A DNA stretch of 64,000 bases from Verrucomicrobia bacterium UBA2281. GTDB taxonomy: Bacteria; Verrucomicrobiota; Kiritimatiellia; CAIQIC01; Lenti-01. The notes under the pieces were generated by a model, which did no database searches, had not been told where the DNA came from, and saw only the letters and a program-made list of their open reading frames with translations. Within the stretch, counting starts at the first letter, position 1. Every line of letters begins with the position of its first letter. The position numbers were made by a program, and so were the translations under genes. Shown one piece after another: positions 1 to 12,577 of this stretch. The DNA lies in assembly GCA_002347655.1 (NCBI GenBank), contig DDWR01000024.1, forward strand, positions 59,685 through 123,684, written 5' to 3'.

Positions 1-3000
1 GCCCGCGACCGTCGCGCCGCCGGAAGCCAGTGCCAGGTTTTCGCCCACGTCGTCGTCCAGCACCGTCACGTCCACCATCTCGTCGGCCACGCCCACCGTC
101 GTGATCCGCAGCGTGGCCGTCTCGTTGACCGCGTCGGCGTCCGCGCCCGCCGTCACCGTGAGCGCCTGCCACGTGCTCCAGTCCGAGGGTTTGAAGGTCA
201 GCGTCGCCGGGCCCGACAGCGCCACGTCCGCGTCGCCCGCGTCCAGTTCGGCGTTGACCAGCACGTTGCCTTCCGGCGCGGAGGTCAGGCGCACGAACAG
301 CCGGCCTTCGCCCGCTTCGCGCACGTTGACGTTCGCCGCCGAGAACTCCAGCGCGACCGGATTGAGCCGGGTGCCGTACACTTCCCATTCCGGCAGGCAG
401 AAGCCGGCGTTGACGCTGTTCGTCAGCCCGGTCAGCCGCAGGTAGCGCAGCTGCGCGCCGCCGGCGTTCCAGTCCTCCCACCCGCGGTGGTCCCCGGCGC
501 TGGCGTCCACCAGCGTCGACCAGCTCGCGCCGTCCAGCGAGGACTCGATGGTATAGCTGTGGCTGCGGTAGTTCCAGTCCCAGGTCAGCAGCCGCACGCG
601 CGCCACGGTCGTCGTCGCCTGCAGATCCAGCGTGAGGGTGCCCGGCGGCACGCTCGTGAACGTCGTGAAGGCGTAGTTCGTGCTGGCCGCGTGCACGCCG
701 TCGATGGCCTGGGCCGCCCGGTAGCCGCGCACGCCCGAGATCGTCGCGCCCGCCGACGCCAGCGCCAGGTTGTCGCCGATCTCGTCGTCCAACGTGGCGG
801 CGTCCACCGTCACGTCGTCCGCGCCGGCCAGCGCCAGCGTGAAGGTCGCCGACTCGCTGTCCGCGTTGGCGTCTTCGGGCGCGGTCAGGGTCACCACCTG
901 CCAGATGCTCCAATCCGACGACTTGAACGTCAGCGAAGTCGTCGCACCGGGGATCGCGATGCTCGCGTTGCCCGCGCTGTGGCTCACGTCGACCTGGACG
1001 ATTCCGCCCGGATCCTGGTTCAAGCGCACGAAGAAGCGGCCTTCGCCGCCTTCGCGGACGTTGACCGTCGCTTGGCTGAGCACCGGCCGGAGGTGTTCCA
1101 AGGTGGTCGTGCTGGCCGTTGCGGAATCGCCGCTCGCGCAGTTGTCGCTCTCCGCGCGGACGCGGAAGTAGTAGACGGTGCCTTCCTCAAGACCCTCCAC
1201 CAGCTGGGCGGTGCCGGCCACCGCGTAGTTGTCGTAGCCGGAGACGAAGGACGGGGCGGTGTCGCCGGTGCAAACGTGGGTGCCCGGGGTCATGTCCGCC
1301 GCGTTGACGGTGCCGGCGGGAATGGTCCACTCGGAGACCGTCCAGGTCGCGTTGGGATCCGCCACGTCCGCGTTGCGCACGGCGTTCTTGTCGAGATATT
1401 CCCAAGCGTAGCCGGTGCCGTCCTGGTCGATCACGCCATAGGCATCCACGATGGTCCCCATCGTGACGGCATCGCCGCCCTGCACGAGGAAGTATCCGTC
1501 GTCGCCGTTGCCGGAAATGATGCCGGAATACTGGTCGGCGGCCTTGCCGAAGGTGCTCTCATACGTCGTTAGGCTGTAGGCCACGACGAAGGTGCCTCCG
1601 GCCGGGATCGTGCCCGCCAACTGGACGTTGCCCCAGCTGCCGCCGTTCGCCTGCCGCCACACGTACCAAGTCGAGGTTCCGAAATCGATCGCCGATCCGG
1701 AGGCGTTGTAGAGCTCGACGAACTTGGCGTTGGCCGCATCCAGCGGATCCGCCACTTCGGAGATGATCAGCCCGCCGTTGCCGGAGGTCTGGAAATCCGC
1801 TTCCGTGCTGACGTCGAGGCGGTAGCCGGTGGCGCCGGAGACGGCGTCCCAGCTCGCGACGAAGCTGGTGTAGTCCGGAACGGCCGACAGGCCGGTCGGA
1901 GCGTCCGGGCCATCGGTGTTGGCGCTGCCCGCCAAGCCCGAGGAGTAGAAGCCGTCCACGTACGACCACGCCTTGTAGTAGTAGGGCGTGCACGCATCCA
2001 GATTGTCGTGCGTCTGCGGGGACTCGGTCCCGACGTAGAGCACGGTGCCGCCGGCGAGAGCTTCGCCCACGACCGGAGCGCCGGCCGGCGCTTCGAAAAT
2101 GCCGGTGGAGTTGACGACGATCACCACGTCGTTGCCCGCGGCATTCGGCGCGAAGGACAATTCCACGGCATCCATGCCGGCCGAGAGGCCGGAGAACGAG
2201 ACCGGACTGGCCACCGACACCGTCAAGGTTTCCGTGTCCGAGCCCTGGTAGAGGTCGTCCACGACCGTGGCGACCACTTCGTATTGGCCGGGGTCCGTCG
2301 GCACGGTGGCTTCGCCGTCGTAGGTGACGTCCACCGTCAGGCCTTCGGGATCCGTCGCGACGGACGCGGCGCGCGGCGTGCCGTCGTAGGCCTGCGCCAG
2401 ATCGCTCAGGGTCACGGTGGCGATGGCCTTCGTCACGTCGAAGGTGTTGGTGACGGGGTCGGCCGGATCCCAGCCGCCGCCGCCGGCCTGGCTGGCCACG
2501 ACGCTCACTTCGCCCGCGCCGGTGAAGGTCAGGGTCACGCCGTCCACGTCGAGCTCGGCCGGGCCGGACAGCACGGCGAACGAGACGTCCAGGCCGCTGG
2601 AGGCCGTGGCGGACAGTTCGACCACGTCGGTGGTCACCTTGTCGGCGATGGCCGGGAAGTCGATCGTCTGCGGCCCGCCGATGGACTCGAGCGTGGTCAC
2701 GGAAGCGGTTTCCGAGTTTTCGCTCGGGCAGCCGCCTTCGCCTTCCGCGCGCACGCGGAAATAATAGGTCGTGTTGTCGTCCAAGCCTTCGACCAACTGG
2801 CTGGTTCCCGCCACCGCGAGATTCTCGTAGCCGGCCACGAAGGACGGCGTGGAGGGCGTGCCTTCCAGCGTCACGTCGTCGAGGCGCATGGCGACGCTGC
2901 CGGACTTGACCCAGCGCAGGCTCAGGGTCGCGCTGGCGGCGGCCGGAGGCAGCTCGATGCCCGAAATCAGATACCAGCCGGTCGCGGCGCCTTCCGCCGG

Positions 3001-5350
3001 CAGCCCGGTCACGGTGACCGGCGTCCAGGTCGATCCATCCGTCGAATAGGCCAGCTCGAACGTGGCGTTGGCGCTGGCGGATTCCTTGCGGTAGCCGAAG
3101 CTCAGGCTCAGGGAACCGTAGCCGGAGGCGTCGATGCCCGCGATGCCGAACCCGTACTCGCCCGCCGTGCTGGGGAACCAGATGTTCGCCACGCCGGACG
3201 CCCCGGTATAGCCGCTGGAGGCGCTGGTGGCCCGGACGTCGGCCGGGTTGGCGGCGCCGCCCGCCGACATCGTGTAGGCGTCGTTGTCGAAGCCGTCGGC
3301 CGCTTCGTGGTTGGCAATCGTGGTGGTGGTGCCCACCGTGCCCATCGATTCGGCGAAGACGGCTTCGGGGGTATCGCCGGCGCTGGAGAACGTCTCGCTC
3401 TCGCTGACGTCGAGGCGATAGCCCGTCGCGCGGGCGGTGGCGTCCCACGTCGCGGTGAAGTCCGTTTCATTGGTTTCGCCGGCATGGAGGCCCGTGGGGG
3501 CGTCCGGCTCGCACGGCAGGGTCGCGCCCTGGGCGGTCACGCCGGCGGCGTAATAGTCGTTGTTGACCGAGTAGAACTTGTAGTCGTAGGTCGAGTCGGC
3601 GCTCAGGCCGCTGTCCGTGGTCTCCGTGCCGGAGCCGACGTAGACGACCGTGCCGTCGCCGAGGGGGTCGGAAACCGAATAGGAACTGCCCTGCGTGGGC
3701 TCGGTCCAGGACGCGGCGGCGGCCTTGCGGACGATCATCACGTCGTGGCTCTGGGCGTTCTTCGACCAGCTCAGGTCGAGAGCGCCCGTCGGATCCGCGT
3801 CGTTGGGCTCGGCGTCTGGGTCGGCGGCGTCGTTGATCGCGCTGACGGCAAAATAGGCCGAGGCGAGATCCTCGGGCGGATAGAGCGTCGAATTGCCCCA
3901 GCCGTTGGCGGACTTCGAGGTGTAGTCGTCTTCGGCGGCGGCCCGGGCCTGGCAGATCACGTAGTGGTTGGCGACGGAGGTGAACTGAACGCCGCTCAGG
4001 TTGCGGCGGACGCGCTTGTTGGGCCAATCGCCGTCTTCATACCAGCTTGCCTCGCCCCAGCCGTAGCCGGTGCCTTCGGCGCTGGTGCCGATGCCGACCT
4101 GCGCGTAGTTCCAGGATTCCTGGCCGATTTCGAAGTTCACGAACCACTCGCCCAGCGTGTCGCCGAGGAAGTAGCTGCCCATCGGGGTGCCGGCGCTCAG
4201 CGGATTGATCCAGATGCCGGTCGCCGCCGCGGTGGTGGACTCGCTGGCCGCCGTGCCGAACGCGGTTTCCACGTTCGCGCCGTTGCGGGCCTTGACCTGG
4301 AAGGAATACTCGGTCTCGGGGGAGAGGCCGGTGGCGGTCGTGGTGTCCCATTCCGCCGCCGTCTGCCAATCTTCCGAAGCGCCGAAGGTCCCGTCGGCCT
4401 GCAGATAGTTGTCGTCGCTCGTGCGCTGGATCGCGAATTCCGTCGCCGCGGGGTTGCCGTTGGCGTTGACCGCCACGTCGAGGGTCGTGGCCGTGGGGTT
4501 GTCCACGGTCGGGGCAGCGGGCACGTTGGCCAGCGTGGTGAAGTTCAGTTCATTGGCCGCCAGCGTCGTGTCCACGCTGTTTTCCGCATAGGCGCGGAAG
4601 TAGTAGATCTGGTTGACGTCGAGCGAGGAGAGGTCGACCGAGAATTCGCCCGTCCCGCCGGCCGCCGCCGGCGTCGGGTTGTCCGTGAGCGTCACGCCGC
4701 TGGAGGTCTTGTAGCACACGCCGCGTTCCGTCACCGTGTCGCCGCCGTCGTCGGTCACGTCGCCGTTGGCCGTGGCGGAGGTCGTGTCGATGGCGCTGGC
4801 CGCCACCGTGGCCACGGACGGGGCCGCGGGGCCGCCGGAATACGAGGTGATCGCCACTTCGTCGAGGCTGAGCGTGCCGGCCGTGCGGTAGAACTGCACC
4901 TTGTTCACGCTGGCGCTGTCGACCGTGATTTGTTTCTGGGCCCACGCGGTCCCCAGACTTGTGAACGGCGAACCGGGAGCCGGGGTCCAATTGGCACCGC
5001 CGTCGGTCGAGAGATTGACCTGCAAGCTGCCCGTTGTCGTGGTGCAATACACCCAGAAACTAATCGTCCCCACGCCCCCGGCCAGGGTGGGCGTTTGGGC
5101 TTGCGCCCCGGTGGAACTGCGGATTTGGCAAGAGTAGGAGCCGGCATACCTGGTCGTGCCCCGGATCACGTTCACGAAGGACCAGGTGCCCGAACCGAGC
5201 GAATAGTCGCCGGTCGCATAGCTTGTCGGCATGCCGGTCTCGAAGCCTTCCGACAGGTCGGCCACGGCCTGCTGGGGTTGTCCCCACAGGACCGCCGCCA
5301 AACCGAGCCCCGCGCACCATTTCCACGTCTGCGAACCGATTGTTTTCATG
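1..5350 (-). CDS. giant secreted cell-surface adhesin-like protein with Fn3, lamin-tail-like, Calx-beta-like and discoidin-like domains; 3' end lies beyond the window
   Basis: My own minus-strand translation from ATG at 5348-5350 (MKTIGSQTWKWCAGLGLAAVLWGQPQQAVA...) is one open frame to position 1 (>1780 aa). Recurring TYYFRVRAE Fn3 signatures; a lamin-tail-like segment (SEVADPLDAANAKFVELYN...GTFVVAYS); two VNVREGGEGR(F/L)FVRL Calx-beta-like repeats; a discoidin-like block (TWDWNYRSHSYTIESSLDGASW). It is absent from the ORF track because it runs off the window edge. The overlapping track ORFs 1559..3448(-), 2008..5376(+) and others are spurious. Confidence 0.8.
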
Positions 5351-5585
5351 TGTCGACCCTCGTGTTCCTTTTTTAAATTGTCCTTGCGGCCGAGACCGGG
5401 CAAACGCCTTGCGTCCCGCGCCGCTGGGCGGTCGTCGCTTTTCCAACGCTTATTCGGATTTCTAGCTTAAAAACCAAAGCGTCGGCAACCGGTTTATTGT
5501 TCGTTTTGCGTTACGCCGCCGGTGCCTCGCGCTGGATGCCGGCCGTCTGGCCGCCGTCCCCGCATACCATCGAAAGCGCCCCCCC

Positions 5586-7793
5586 CTAGTGTTCCCCGAT
5601 GGACCGCGTCATTTCGATGAACACCGGCGTATCCCTCAATCCAGCCAGATCGGAATCCGCCCGGGCGGTATCCTTCAACGAGTCGTCGTAACCGAAAGCC
5701 GACCGGAGCGCCGCCAAGGCCGAGGATGCATCCCCGCGCGAAGCCAGCAGACAGGCGTAGTTGTAGAAAGCGACGGCCAACTTGCGGACGTGCAGGTCCT
5801 GGACTTCCCGGACCTGGGCCGGCCACCGGCGGCTCGGCACCTGCGCGGCGACGGCCTGCCAAGCATCGACCACCGCCGGATAATACTCCAACAGCAGCCG
5901 GTATTCGCGCAGGGCTCTCGCCTTGTCCTTCAAGACGAACTGGCTGTTTTGGGCCAATTCGTATTGAAACCGCATCAAATCCGGGCTCAGGCAAAAAGCT
6001 TGCTGCAAGGGGGTGGGCGGCCGGGGCGCGTATTCTTCCAGAAGCCGCGCGCGCGCGGCCAAGGTCGTGTCGATTTTCTGCATGTCCAGCAGGCATTCCA
6101 GCGCGGCGGCCTCGTGGCCCAGCGCCAGCCGGGAAAGCGCCATCCATCCCAGGTATTCGGTGGAGCGGGGTTCGAGCGCCACGACGCGGGCATAGGCCTC
6201 GATGGCCTTGTCGTGATCGCCGCTCAGGGAATAGGTCCGGCCGACCATGAGCGCGACGTACGCCGGATGGACCCCTTTGGCTTCCGCTCGGGCCAGCCAG
6301 TCCAAACTGGCCTCGAACTGGCCCGCCCGCTGGGTCTGGAACGCCTTGACCAGCATCGTCTGCCCGTCGCGCGCCGAGATCGCCAAGGCCCGGTCGGCAT
6401 AGCGCCCGGCTTCCTCCGGATCCCGCGCCGCCACGGCCTGGGCCATTCCGCCCAGGACGTAGGCCGAGTCCGGATATTTCGCCAGGGCGTCGCGCCAGAG
6501 CGTTTCGTCGTCGCCCCAGACCTGGCTGCGTTGCCAGGTGGCGACCGCCCAGAGCACAACCAGGCCGCCCGCCAGGCCGCGGCCGGCCCACCGCGCCACC
6601 GGCCGCCCCCGCATGAGCCCAAGCACCCCGCCGGCCAGCAGCAGGAAAAACCCGATCCCGGGCAAATAGAAGAAGCGATCTGCGGCGAGAAACCGCATGC
6701 CGACCGGAAGAATGCGCGAACTCGGCGACAACACGACCAGGAAAAACAGGACGCCGAAGACGAAAGGTCGCCCCTTGCCCCGGATGGCCAGCCAAGCCAC
6801 GCCGCCCAGGGTCGCCGCCAACGCCGCCAAGGCCATATAATAGGAAAGACCGAACGGCTGGCCGGGCTCGGGCACCGGATAGAACGCGCTCAAGCCGAAC
6901 GGCCAGACGAATTTCTCCAGATAGAGCGCGATGCCGCGCGCGGCGATCAGCAGATTGCTCCCCAGCGCCAGGACTTCGTGGCTCTTGGCCACGTGCGTCG
7001 AGACGTGGGTATAGAACGTGATCCAGATGCCCGCCGCCGACAGCGCCCACAGCGGCCACAGGCGGACGACGGCTTTTCCCCCCACCCGCCCTTGCCGATA
7101 GTAGTCGCACAGGAGGCAGGCCGCCGGCAGCGTCACCGCCAAGGGTTTGGACAGGAAGGCGGCCAGCCCCGCGAGCCAAACCGCCCGTCCGTTCCAGGGG
7201 CCGCCGCCGTCCCGGCGGCGGAGATGGAACGTCAACGCGAGCAAATAGAACAACGCGCTGAGCAGGTCCTTGCGTTCGGTCACCCACGCCACCGATTCGA
7301 CGTGCAGGGGATGCACGGCGAAAAAGGCCGCCGCCAGCCAGGCCACGTCCGCCTTCCCGGCCAACCGCCGCAGGAAGAGGAACACCAGCAGCACGTTCAG
7401 CCCGTGCAGCAGCACGTTGGTCAGGTGGAACAGGCCCGGCGCCAGCCCGAACAGGCGCTTCTCCAGCATGAAGGACAGTTCGACCAACGGCGTGTACTGC
7501 GCGTTGGGCATCCGGCCCCGTTGCGGATGGAGCCGGAACACGTCCGCGACGTTGCCCCAGTCGAGCTGGTGGATCCGGTAGTTCTGGAGCACGTAGACCC
7601 CGTCGTCCCAGGTCGGCAGAAAGTCGTGCTGCAACGTCGGCAGGAACGGCAAAAACGCCAGCAACGCCAAGACGGCGAGCATCAGGCCCCGCCGCGGCCA
7701 GGCGCCGGCCAGCGGTTCGGTGCGGTGCGGGCCCGATGCGGCGGCGAAAACCGGTTCGGTTGTCGAAAGGCTTTTCGGGTGCACGCCATCCAC
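5586..7793 (-). CDS. multi-pass membrane protein with PMT_2/TMTC-like N-terminal domain and C-terminal TPR repeats (putative protein O-mannosyltransferase-like glycosyltransferase)
   Basis: 735-aa ORF: 10+ hydrophobic helices in the first ~400 aa, then TPR-like repeats (AYVLGGMAQA..., AIEAYARVVALEP...). The start could be further upstream (track ORF 5494..7953 is the same frame). Confidence 0.7.
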   Translation of the reverse strand: MDGVHPKSLSTTEPVFAAASGPHRTEPLAGAWPRRGLMLAVLALLAFLPFLPTLQHDFLPTWDDGVYVLQNYRIHQLDWGNVADVFRLHPQRGRMPNAQYTPLVELSFMLEKRLFGLAPGLFHLTNVLLHGLNVLLVFLFLRRLAGKADVAWLAAAFFAVHPLHVESVAWVTERKDLLSALFYLLALTFHLRRRDGGGPWNGRAVWLAGLAAFLSKPLAVTLPAACLLCDYYRQGRVGGKAVVRLWPLWALSAAGIWITFYTHVSTHVAKSHEVLALGSNLLIAARGIALYLEKFVWPFGLSAFYPVPEPGQPFGLSYYMALAALAATLGGVAWLAIRGKGRPFVFGVLFFLVVLSPSSRILPVGMRFLAADRFFYLPGIGFFLLLAGGVLGLMRGRPVARWAGRGLAGGLVVLWAVATWQRSQVWGDDETLWRDALAKYPDSAYVLGGMAQAVAARDPEEAGRYADRALAISARDGQTMLVKAFQTQRAGQFEASLDWLARAEAKGVHPAYVALMVGRTYSLSGDHDKAIEAYARVVALEPRSTEYLGWMALSRLALGHEAAALECLLDMQKIDTTLAARARLLEEYAPRPPTPLQQAFCLSPDLMRFQYELAQNSQFVLKDKARALREYRLLLEYYPAVVDAWQAVAAQVPSRRWPAQVREVQDLHVRKLAVAFYNYACLLASRGDASSALAALRSAFGYDDSLKDTARADSDLAGLRDTPVFIEMTRSIGEH

Positions 7794-7947
7794 TCCTGGA
7801 ATGAAAATCCGCGGCGGAATTCGCCGCCATCACCGGCCGGAATCCTACCTTCCCCGCCTGGAAGCGCAACCTCCAATGCGGCCGGCAGGCGGATCCGGCG
7901 CGCCCCCCCGGCGCCGCAGGGCGTCCGGAAAGAGGCCTTTTTTGCCC

Positions 7948-7976
7948 TTGCATCCACCCGCCCCCCTCCGTATAGT
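7948..7976 (+). promoter_or_regulatory. sigma70-like promoter for rpsO (TTGCAT-17nt-TATAGT)
   Basis: TTGCAT at 7948-7953, 17-nt spacer, TATAGT at 7971-7976, about 35 nt upstream of the rpsO TTG start. It shares the block CCCCCCTCCGT..TATAGTC with the promoter at 56343. Confidence 0.45.
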
Positions 7977-8011
7977 CCGGCCTTCAATCAACCAGAAGAC
8001 AAGCAGCAAAG

Positions 8012-8293
8012 TTGGATCAAACAGTTATGATGGACAGCGCAGTCAAAGCGGCGATCAAGCAGGAATATCAACAGCACGAGAAGGATAGCGGCTCCGTGGA
8101 GGTCCAGGTGGCCCTCCTTTCCAAGCGGATCCAGGACCTGACCGGGCATCTTCAAACCCACAAGGGCGACCACAACTCGCGCCGCGGCCTGATCGTCATG
8201 GTCAGCCAACGCCGCCGGTTGCTGGACTACCTGCGCGACTCGGACCTCGCCCGCTACCAGAAGCTCATCGAGCGTCTCGGCCTGCGCCGCTAG
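8012..8293 (+). CDS. rpsO: 30S ribosomal protein S15
   Basis: 93 aa, ...[39 protein letters not shown]; TTG start in track (alternative ATG at MMDS a few codons in); immediately upstream of pnp. Confidence 0.95.
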   Translation: MDQTVMMDSAVKAAIKQEYQQHEKDSGSVEVQVALLSKRIQDLTGHLQTHKGDHNSRRGLIVMVSQRRRLLDYLRDSDLARYQKLIERLGLRR

Positions 8294-8484
8294 TCCCCCG
8301 GGGGTCGGTTTCCCCCGTTTGGGGGAGCGCAGACCCCCGTCCGCTGGCGGCCTCCGCGGCCGTGGACGGACCGAGTCTTTCTCTTTCCTTTCAACGTGCC
8401 GCGCCGGGATCCCCGCCGCGCCGCGCCTCCGCGCGCACCGATGGAACAAGACAAGAAGAGAAGCAAGCAGCAAGGAAAGAAGAA

Positions 8485-10596
8485 ATGAAGAATACCACCT
8501 CCGTCAGCGTCGCCCTCGGCGACCAGACGTTGACGTTCGAAACGGGCCTGCTGGCCCGCCAGGCGGCCGGCCAGGCCACCTGCCAACTGGGAGAGACCAT
8601 GGTCTTCTCCGCCGTCTCCAACAGCAAGAAGCCGCGCGAAGGCGTCGATTTCTTCCCGCTGCAGGTCGAATACCGCGAGCGCTTCTACGCGGCGGGCCGC
8701 TTCCCCGGCGGCTATTTCAAGCGCGAAGGCCGCCCCACCGAGAAGGAAATCCTCACGGCGCGCATCACCGACCGCCCCATCCGCCCCCTGTTCGCCGAGG
8801 GCTACTACAACGAAGTCCAGATCAACAACGCCCTGATGACCTGCGACGGCGTCTATGAAAGCGACGCCCTCAGCGTCAACGCCGCCTCCGCCGCCCTCAT
8901 GCTCAGCGAACTGCCCTTCAACGGCCCCCTCGGCGCCGTCCGCGTCGGCCGCATCGATGGCCAGTTCATCCTGAATCCGACCCAGGAACAGACGCTCGTT
9001 TCGGACATCGACCTGATGTACGTCGGCAAGCGCGACCTCCCGATGATGATCGAAGGGTCCGCCCTGGAAGTCAGCAACGAGGACATGGTCGCCGCCATGA
9101 AGTTCGGCCACGAAGCCGTCGTGAAAATCTGCGACGCCCAGCTCGAACTGCGCGCCAAGATGGGCCTGCCGCCCAAGACCTTCACGCAGAAGAGCCTCGA
9201 TGCCGGGCAGATCGCCAAGCTCAACGAACTCTGCCGCGCCGATCTCACCGAAGCGCTCTTCACCGTCTCGAAAGTCGAACGCGGCAACAAGATGAGCGTC
9301 GTCTTCGACAAGGCCTTCGCCCAGATGCAGGAAATCTACGGCGCAGAGGTCATGAACGAGAAGTACTTCAAGATGATCTTCGACGCCGTCGAAATCGACA
9401 TCGTCCGCAAGGGCGTCCTCGACGAAAACCGCCGCATGGACGGCCGGGCGATGGATCAGCTCCGCCAGCTCGTCGCCGACGTGGCGATTCTCCCGCGCGT
9501 GCACGGGTCCTCGCTCTTCTCCCGGGGCGAAACCCAGGCGATCGCGACCGTCACCCTCGGCACCGGCCGCGACGAGCAGGAAATGGACGGCCTCACCGGC
9601 GGCCCGACCACGAAGCGCTTCACGCTGCATTACAACTTCCCGCCGTACAGCGTGGGCGAAGTCCGCCGGCTGGGCGGCCTGAACCGCCGCGAAATCGGCC
9701 ACGGCGCGCTCGCCGAACGCTCCATCGAACCGATGGTGCCGAAGGATTATCCCTACTCCGTGCGCGTGGTCTCCGAGATCATGGGCTCCAACGGCTCCTC
9801 CTCCATGGCCTCCATCTGCGCGGGCACCCTCGCCCTGATGGATGCCGGCGTGCCCCTGAAGAAGCCCGTCGCGGGCATCTCCATCGGCCTCGTCACCGGC
9901 GAAGGCAAGAAGCCCGTCCTGCTCACCGACATCCTCGGCGCCGAAGATCACTGCGGCGACATGGACTTCAAGGTCGGCGGCACGCGCGACGGCATCACCG
10001 GCTTCCAGGTCGATCTGAAGATCCACGGCCTGGACTGGGATCTGGTGAAGGGCGCCTTCGACCGCGCCCGGGAAGCCCGCCTGAAGATCCTCGACGTCAT
10101 GGAGCAGGCCCTGCCCGCCCCGCGTCCGGATCTCTCGCCCTACGCCCCGCGCATCGTCGTCGTCAACATCAACCCCGAGAAGATCGGCGCCCTCATCGGC
10201 CCCGGCGGCAAGAACATCCGCCGCATCACCGAAACCACCGGCACCCAGATCGACATCGAGGACGACGGCAAGGTCTCCATCTTCTCCAACAACAAGGAGA
10301 ACCTGGACGCCGCCCTGCGCGAAGTCTCGGCCCTCACGGCGGAAGCCGAGGTCGGCAAGATCTACCGCGCCACCGTCACCGGCATCAAGGACTTCGGCTG
10401 CTTCGCCGAGTTCCTCCCCGGCCAGGAAGGCCTCGTCCACATCAGCGAACTCGCCGACTTCCGCGTCAACCGCACGGAAGACGTCGTCAAGATGGGCGAG
10501 GAAATCTGGGTCAAGGTGCTCAGCGTGGAAGACAACGGCAAGGTCCGCCTCTCCCGCAAGGCCGCCATGGCCGAAAAGGGCGAAGCCAAGAAGTAG
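8485..10596 (+). CDS. pnp: polynucleotide phosphorylase/polyadenylase
   Basis: In-frame ATG at 8485 ([21 protein letters not shown]...) inside track ORF 8362..10596; RNase PH x2, KH and S1 domain sequence throughout; classic rpsO-pnp synteny. Confidence 0.95.
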   Translation: MKNTTSVSVALGDQTLTFETGLLARQAAGQATCQLGETMVFSAVSNSKKPREGVDFFPLQVEYRERFYAAGRFPGGYFKREGRPTEKEILTARITDRPIRPLFAEGYYNEVQINNALMTCDGVYESDALSVNAASAALMLSELPFNGPLGAVRVGRIDGQFILNPTQEQTLVSDIDLMYVGKRDLPMMIEGSALEVSNEDMVAAMKFGHEAVVKICDAQLELRAKMGLPPKTFTQKSLDAGQIAKLNELCRADLTEALFTVSKVERGNKMSVVFDKAFAQMQEIYGAEVMNEKYFKMIFDAVEIDIVRKGVLDENRRMDGRAMDQLRQLVADVAILPRVHGSSLFSRGETQAIATVTLGTGRDEQEMDGLTGGPTTKRFTLHYNFPPYSVGEVRRLGGLNRREIGHGALAERSIEPMVPKDYPYSVRVVSEIMGSNGSSSMASICAGTLALMDAGVPLKKPVAGISIGLVTGEGKKPVLLTDILGAEDHCGDMDFKVGGTRDGITGFQVDLKIHGLDWDLVKGAFDRAREARLKILDVMEQALPAPRPDLSPYAPRIVVVNINPEKIGALIGPGGKNIRRITETTGTQIDIEDDGKVSIFSNNKENLDAALREVSALTAEAEVGKIYRATVTGIKDFGCFAEFLPGQEGLVHISELADFRVNRTEDVVKMGEEIWVKVLSVEDNGKVRLSRKAAMAEKGEAKK

Positions 10597-10613
10597 TCCG
10601 GCCTGTGCGCCAC

Positions 10614-10642
10614 GGCCGCCGGGTTCGCCCGGCGGCCTTTTT
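10614..10642 (+). terminator. intrinsic terminator after pnp
   Basis: GGCCGCCGGG-TTCG-CCCGGCGGCC followed by TTTTT. Confidence 0.7.
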
Positions 10643-10791
10643 CGTTTTCCGGGGTTCGTTTCCCTTGCCTGCCGAACGGCGGAGGGCTAGGATTGGATTT
10701 TCGCCATCGCCTCTGGGTGGCCCAACCCGCGGCGGCGCTTTTCCCGCCGCGGCCGTACCGCAAAACCGAACCCGGGCGGCCGCCGCCCCTG

Positions 10792-12501
10792 ATGGAGAAC
10801 CGGACCATGACGCTCAAGGAAACGCTCGAACGTTCCGCGCTGAAAAACGGCGACAAAATCGCGATGAAATACAAGCGGGACGGGGCTTGGCAGACCCTGA
10901 CCTACCGCCAGTTCCTCGCCTTGGTGCGCAACGTGGCCGAAGCCCTCGTCCGGGTCTGCCACGTCCGCCCCGGCGACCGCGTCGCCCTGCTGGGCGCCAA
11001 CTCGCCCGAATGGTGCGCCATCCACTACGCCATCACCGGCCTCGGCGCCACCGCCGTCCCGGTCGACGTCAAGCTGCAGGACCAGGAAGTCACCCACATC
11101 CTCTCCGATTCCGGCGCCGCCGCCCTGCTGATGGATTCCGCCAGCGAAGCCAACGTCTACGGCCTCGCCGGGCGCTGCCCCAATCTCCGCCACGTCATCC
11201 TCTTCGGCGACCGCAAGCCCGAACTCGACAACGGCCGGGCCCGCGGCATCGTGATGCACGACTTCGACAAGCTCCTGGCCGAAACCCGGGAGCAGGCCGA
11301 AAGCCACGGCGCGGCCTACGACCGCCTCCAGCCCAAGGAAGACGACGTCGCCTCCTTCATCTACACCTCCGGGACCACCGGCCGCCAGAAGGGCGCCATG
11401 CTCACCCACGGCAACTTCACCGCCAACTTCAAGTCTATCGATGCCGCCATCGAAATCCTCCCGGACGACAACTTCATGGTGATCCTGCCCCTCCACCATT
11501 CCTTCGCCTTCACCGCCTGCCTCGTCACCCCCATCGCCTCCGGCACGCAGATGAGCTTCGTCGAGAGCCTCCGCACCGTCGGCGAAAACATCCGCGAAGC
11601 CTCGCCCACGCTCGTGCTGGCCGTGCCCCTGCTCCTCGAAAAGGTCTACAACAAGCTCCTCGCCGGCCTCAAGGCCAACCGCATGGGCAGCCTGCTGTGG
11701 AAACTCGGCGTCCGCAACCCCGTGCGCCAGGGCATCCGCGAAAAGCTCGGCGGGCGCCTGCGCCTGATGATTTCCGGCGGCGCCCCGGCCGATCCGCAAC
11801 TGCTCCGCGGCCTCGAAGAACTCGGGTTGAAGGCCCGCGAAGGCTACGGCCTGACCGAATGCGCCCCCGTCCTGACCATCTCCCCGTTCGACGCCCCCAT
11901 TCGCCCCGGCTCCTGCGGCAAGATCCTGCCCTTCGTCGAAATGCAGGTCTTCGACGCCAACGCCGAAGGCGTCGGCGAACTCGCCGCCAAGGGCGAGAAC
12001 GTCATGAAGGGCTATTACAACAACCCCGCCGCCACCGACGACGTCTTCCGCGACGGCTGGTTCCTGACCGGCGACCTCGGCTACATCGACGCCGACGGCT
12101 ACGTCTTCATCACCGGCCGCAAGAAAGCCCTCATCGTCAACCGCGAAGGCAAGAACATCTACCCCGAAGAGGTCGAACTCCAGATCAACCAGTCGCCGCT
12201 CATCCTCGAGTCCGTGGTGCTGGGCTACCGGCCGGTCGGCGAAACCGTCGGCGAACAGGTCGGCGTCATCGTCGTGCCCGACGAAGAAGGCATCGCCGCC
12301 CTCGAAGCCGCCGAAAAACGGAAATTCAGCGAAGCGGAAATCGAAGCGCGCCTGCGCGCCGAGGTCAAGAAACAGGTCGCCGCCCTGGCCGACTACAAGC
12401 ATCCCCGCCGCGTCCAGATCCGCTGGGAAGAGTTCAACAAGACCTCCACCGGCAAGATCAAGCGCTACCTCTACGCCATGACGGAGGCGACGCCCGAATA
12501 A
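10792..12501 (+). CDS. long-chain-fatty-acid--CoA ligase (AMP-dependent synthetase/ligase family)
   Basis: ATG at 10792 ([25 protein letters not shown]...); AMP-binding motifs [45 protein letters not shown]. The track ORF starts earlier at 10693 in the same frame. Confidence 0.85.
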   Translation: MENRTMTLKETLERSALKNGDKIAMKYKRDGAWQTLTYRQFLALVRNVAEALVRVCHVRPGDRVALLGANSPEWCAIHYAITGLGATAVPVDVKLQDQEVTHILSDSGAAALLMDSASEANVYGLAGRCPNLRHVILFGDRKPELDNGRARGIVMHDFDKLLAETREQAESHGAAYDRLQPKEDDVASFIYTSGTTGRQKGAMLTHGNFTANFKSIDAAIEILPDDNFMVILPLHHSFAFTACLVTPIASGTQMSFVESLRTVGENIREASPTLVLAVPLLLEKVYNKLLAGLKANRMGSLLWKLGVRNPVRQGIREKLGGRLRLMISGGAPADPQLLRGLEELGLKAREGYGLTECAPVLTISPFDAPIRPGSCGKILPFVEMQVFDANAEGVGELAAKGENVMKGYYNNPAATDDVFRDGWFLTGDLGYIDADGYVFITGRKKALIVNREGKNIYPEEVELQINQSPLILESVVLGYRPVGETVGEQVGVIVVPDEEGIAALEAAEKRKFSEAEIEARLRAEVKKQVAALADYKHPRRVQIRWEEFNKTSTGKIKRYLYAMTEATPE

Positions 12502-12577
12502 GGCGCGCCCGTTGGGGTCAGCCCTTAAGAATCAAGAAATGGTTTCTTGATTCTTAAGGGCTGACCCCGGCAAGTTT

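Noticed and set aside
1559-5376. Long Arg/Gly/His-rich ORFs on both strands (e.g. 1559..3448(-), 2008..5376(+), 3467..4027(-), 4550..5047(-))
   Set aside because: Low-complexity, Arg-rich translations typical of antisense or out-of-frame ORFs in about 70% GC DNA. The adhesin gene fully explains this region in another frame.
8294-8360. Possible terminator or attenuator between rpsO and pnp (cccccgtttggggg)
   Set aside because: Only a 5-bp G/C stem without a clear U-tract. The known pnp leader RNase III hairpin cannot be confirmed by eye.
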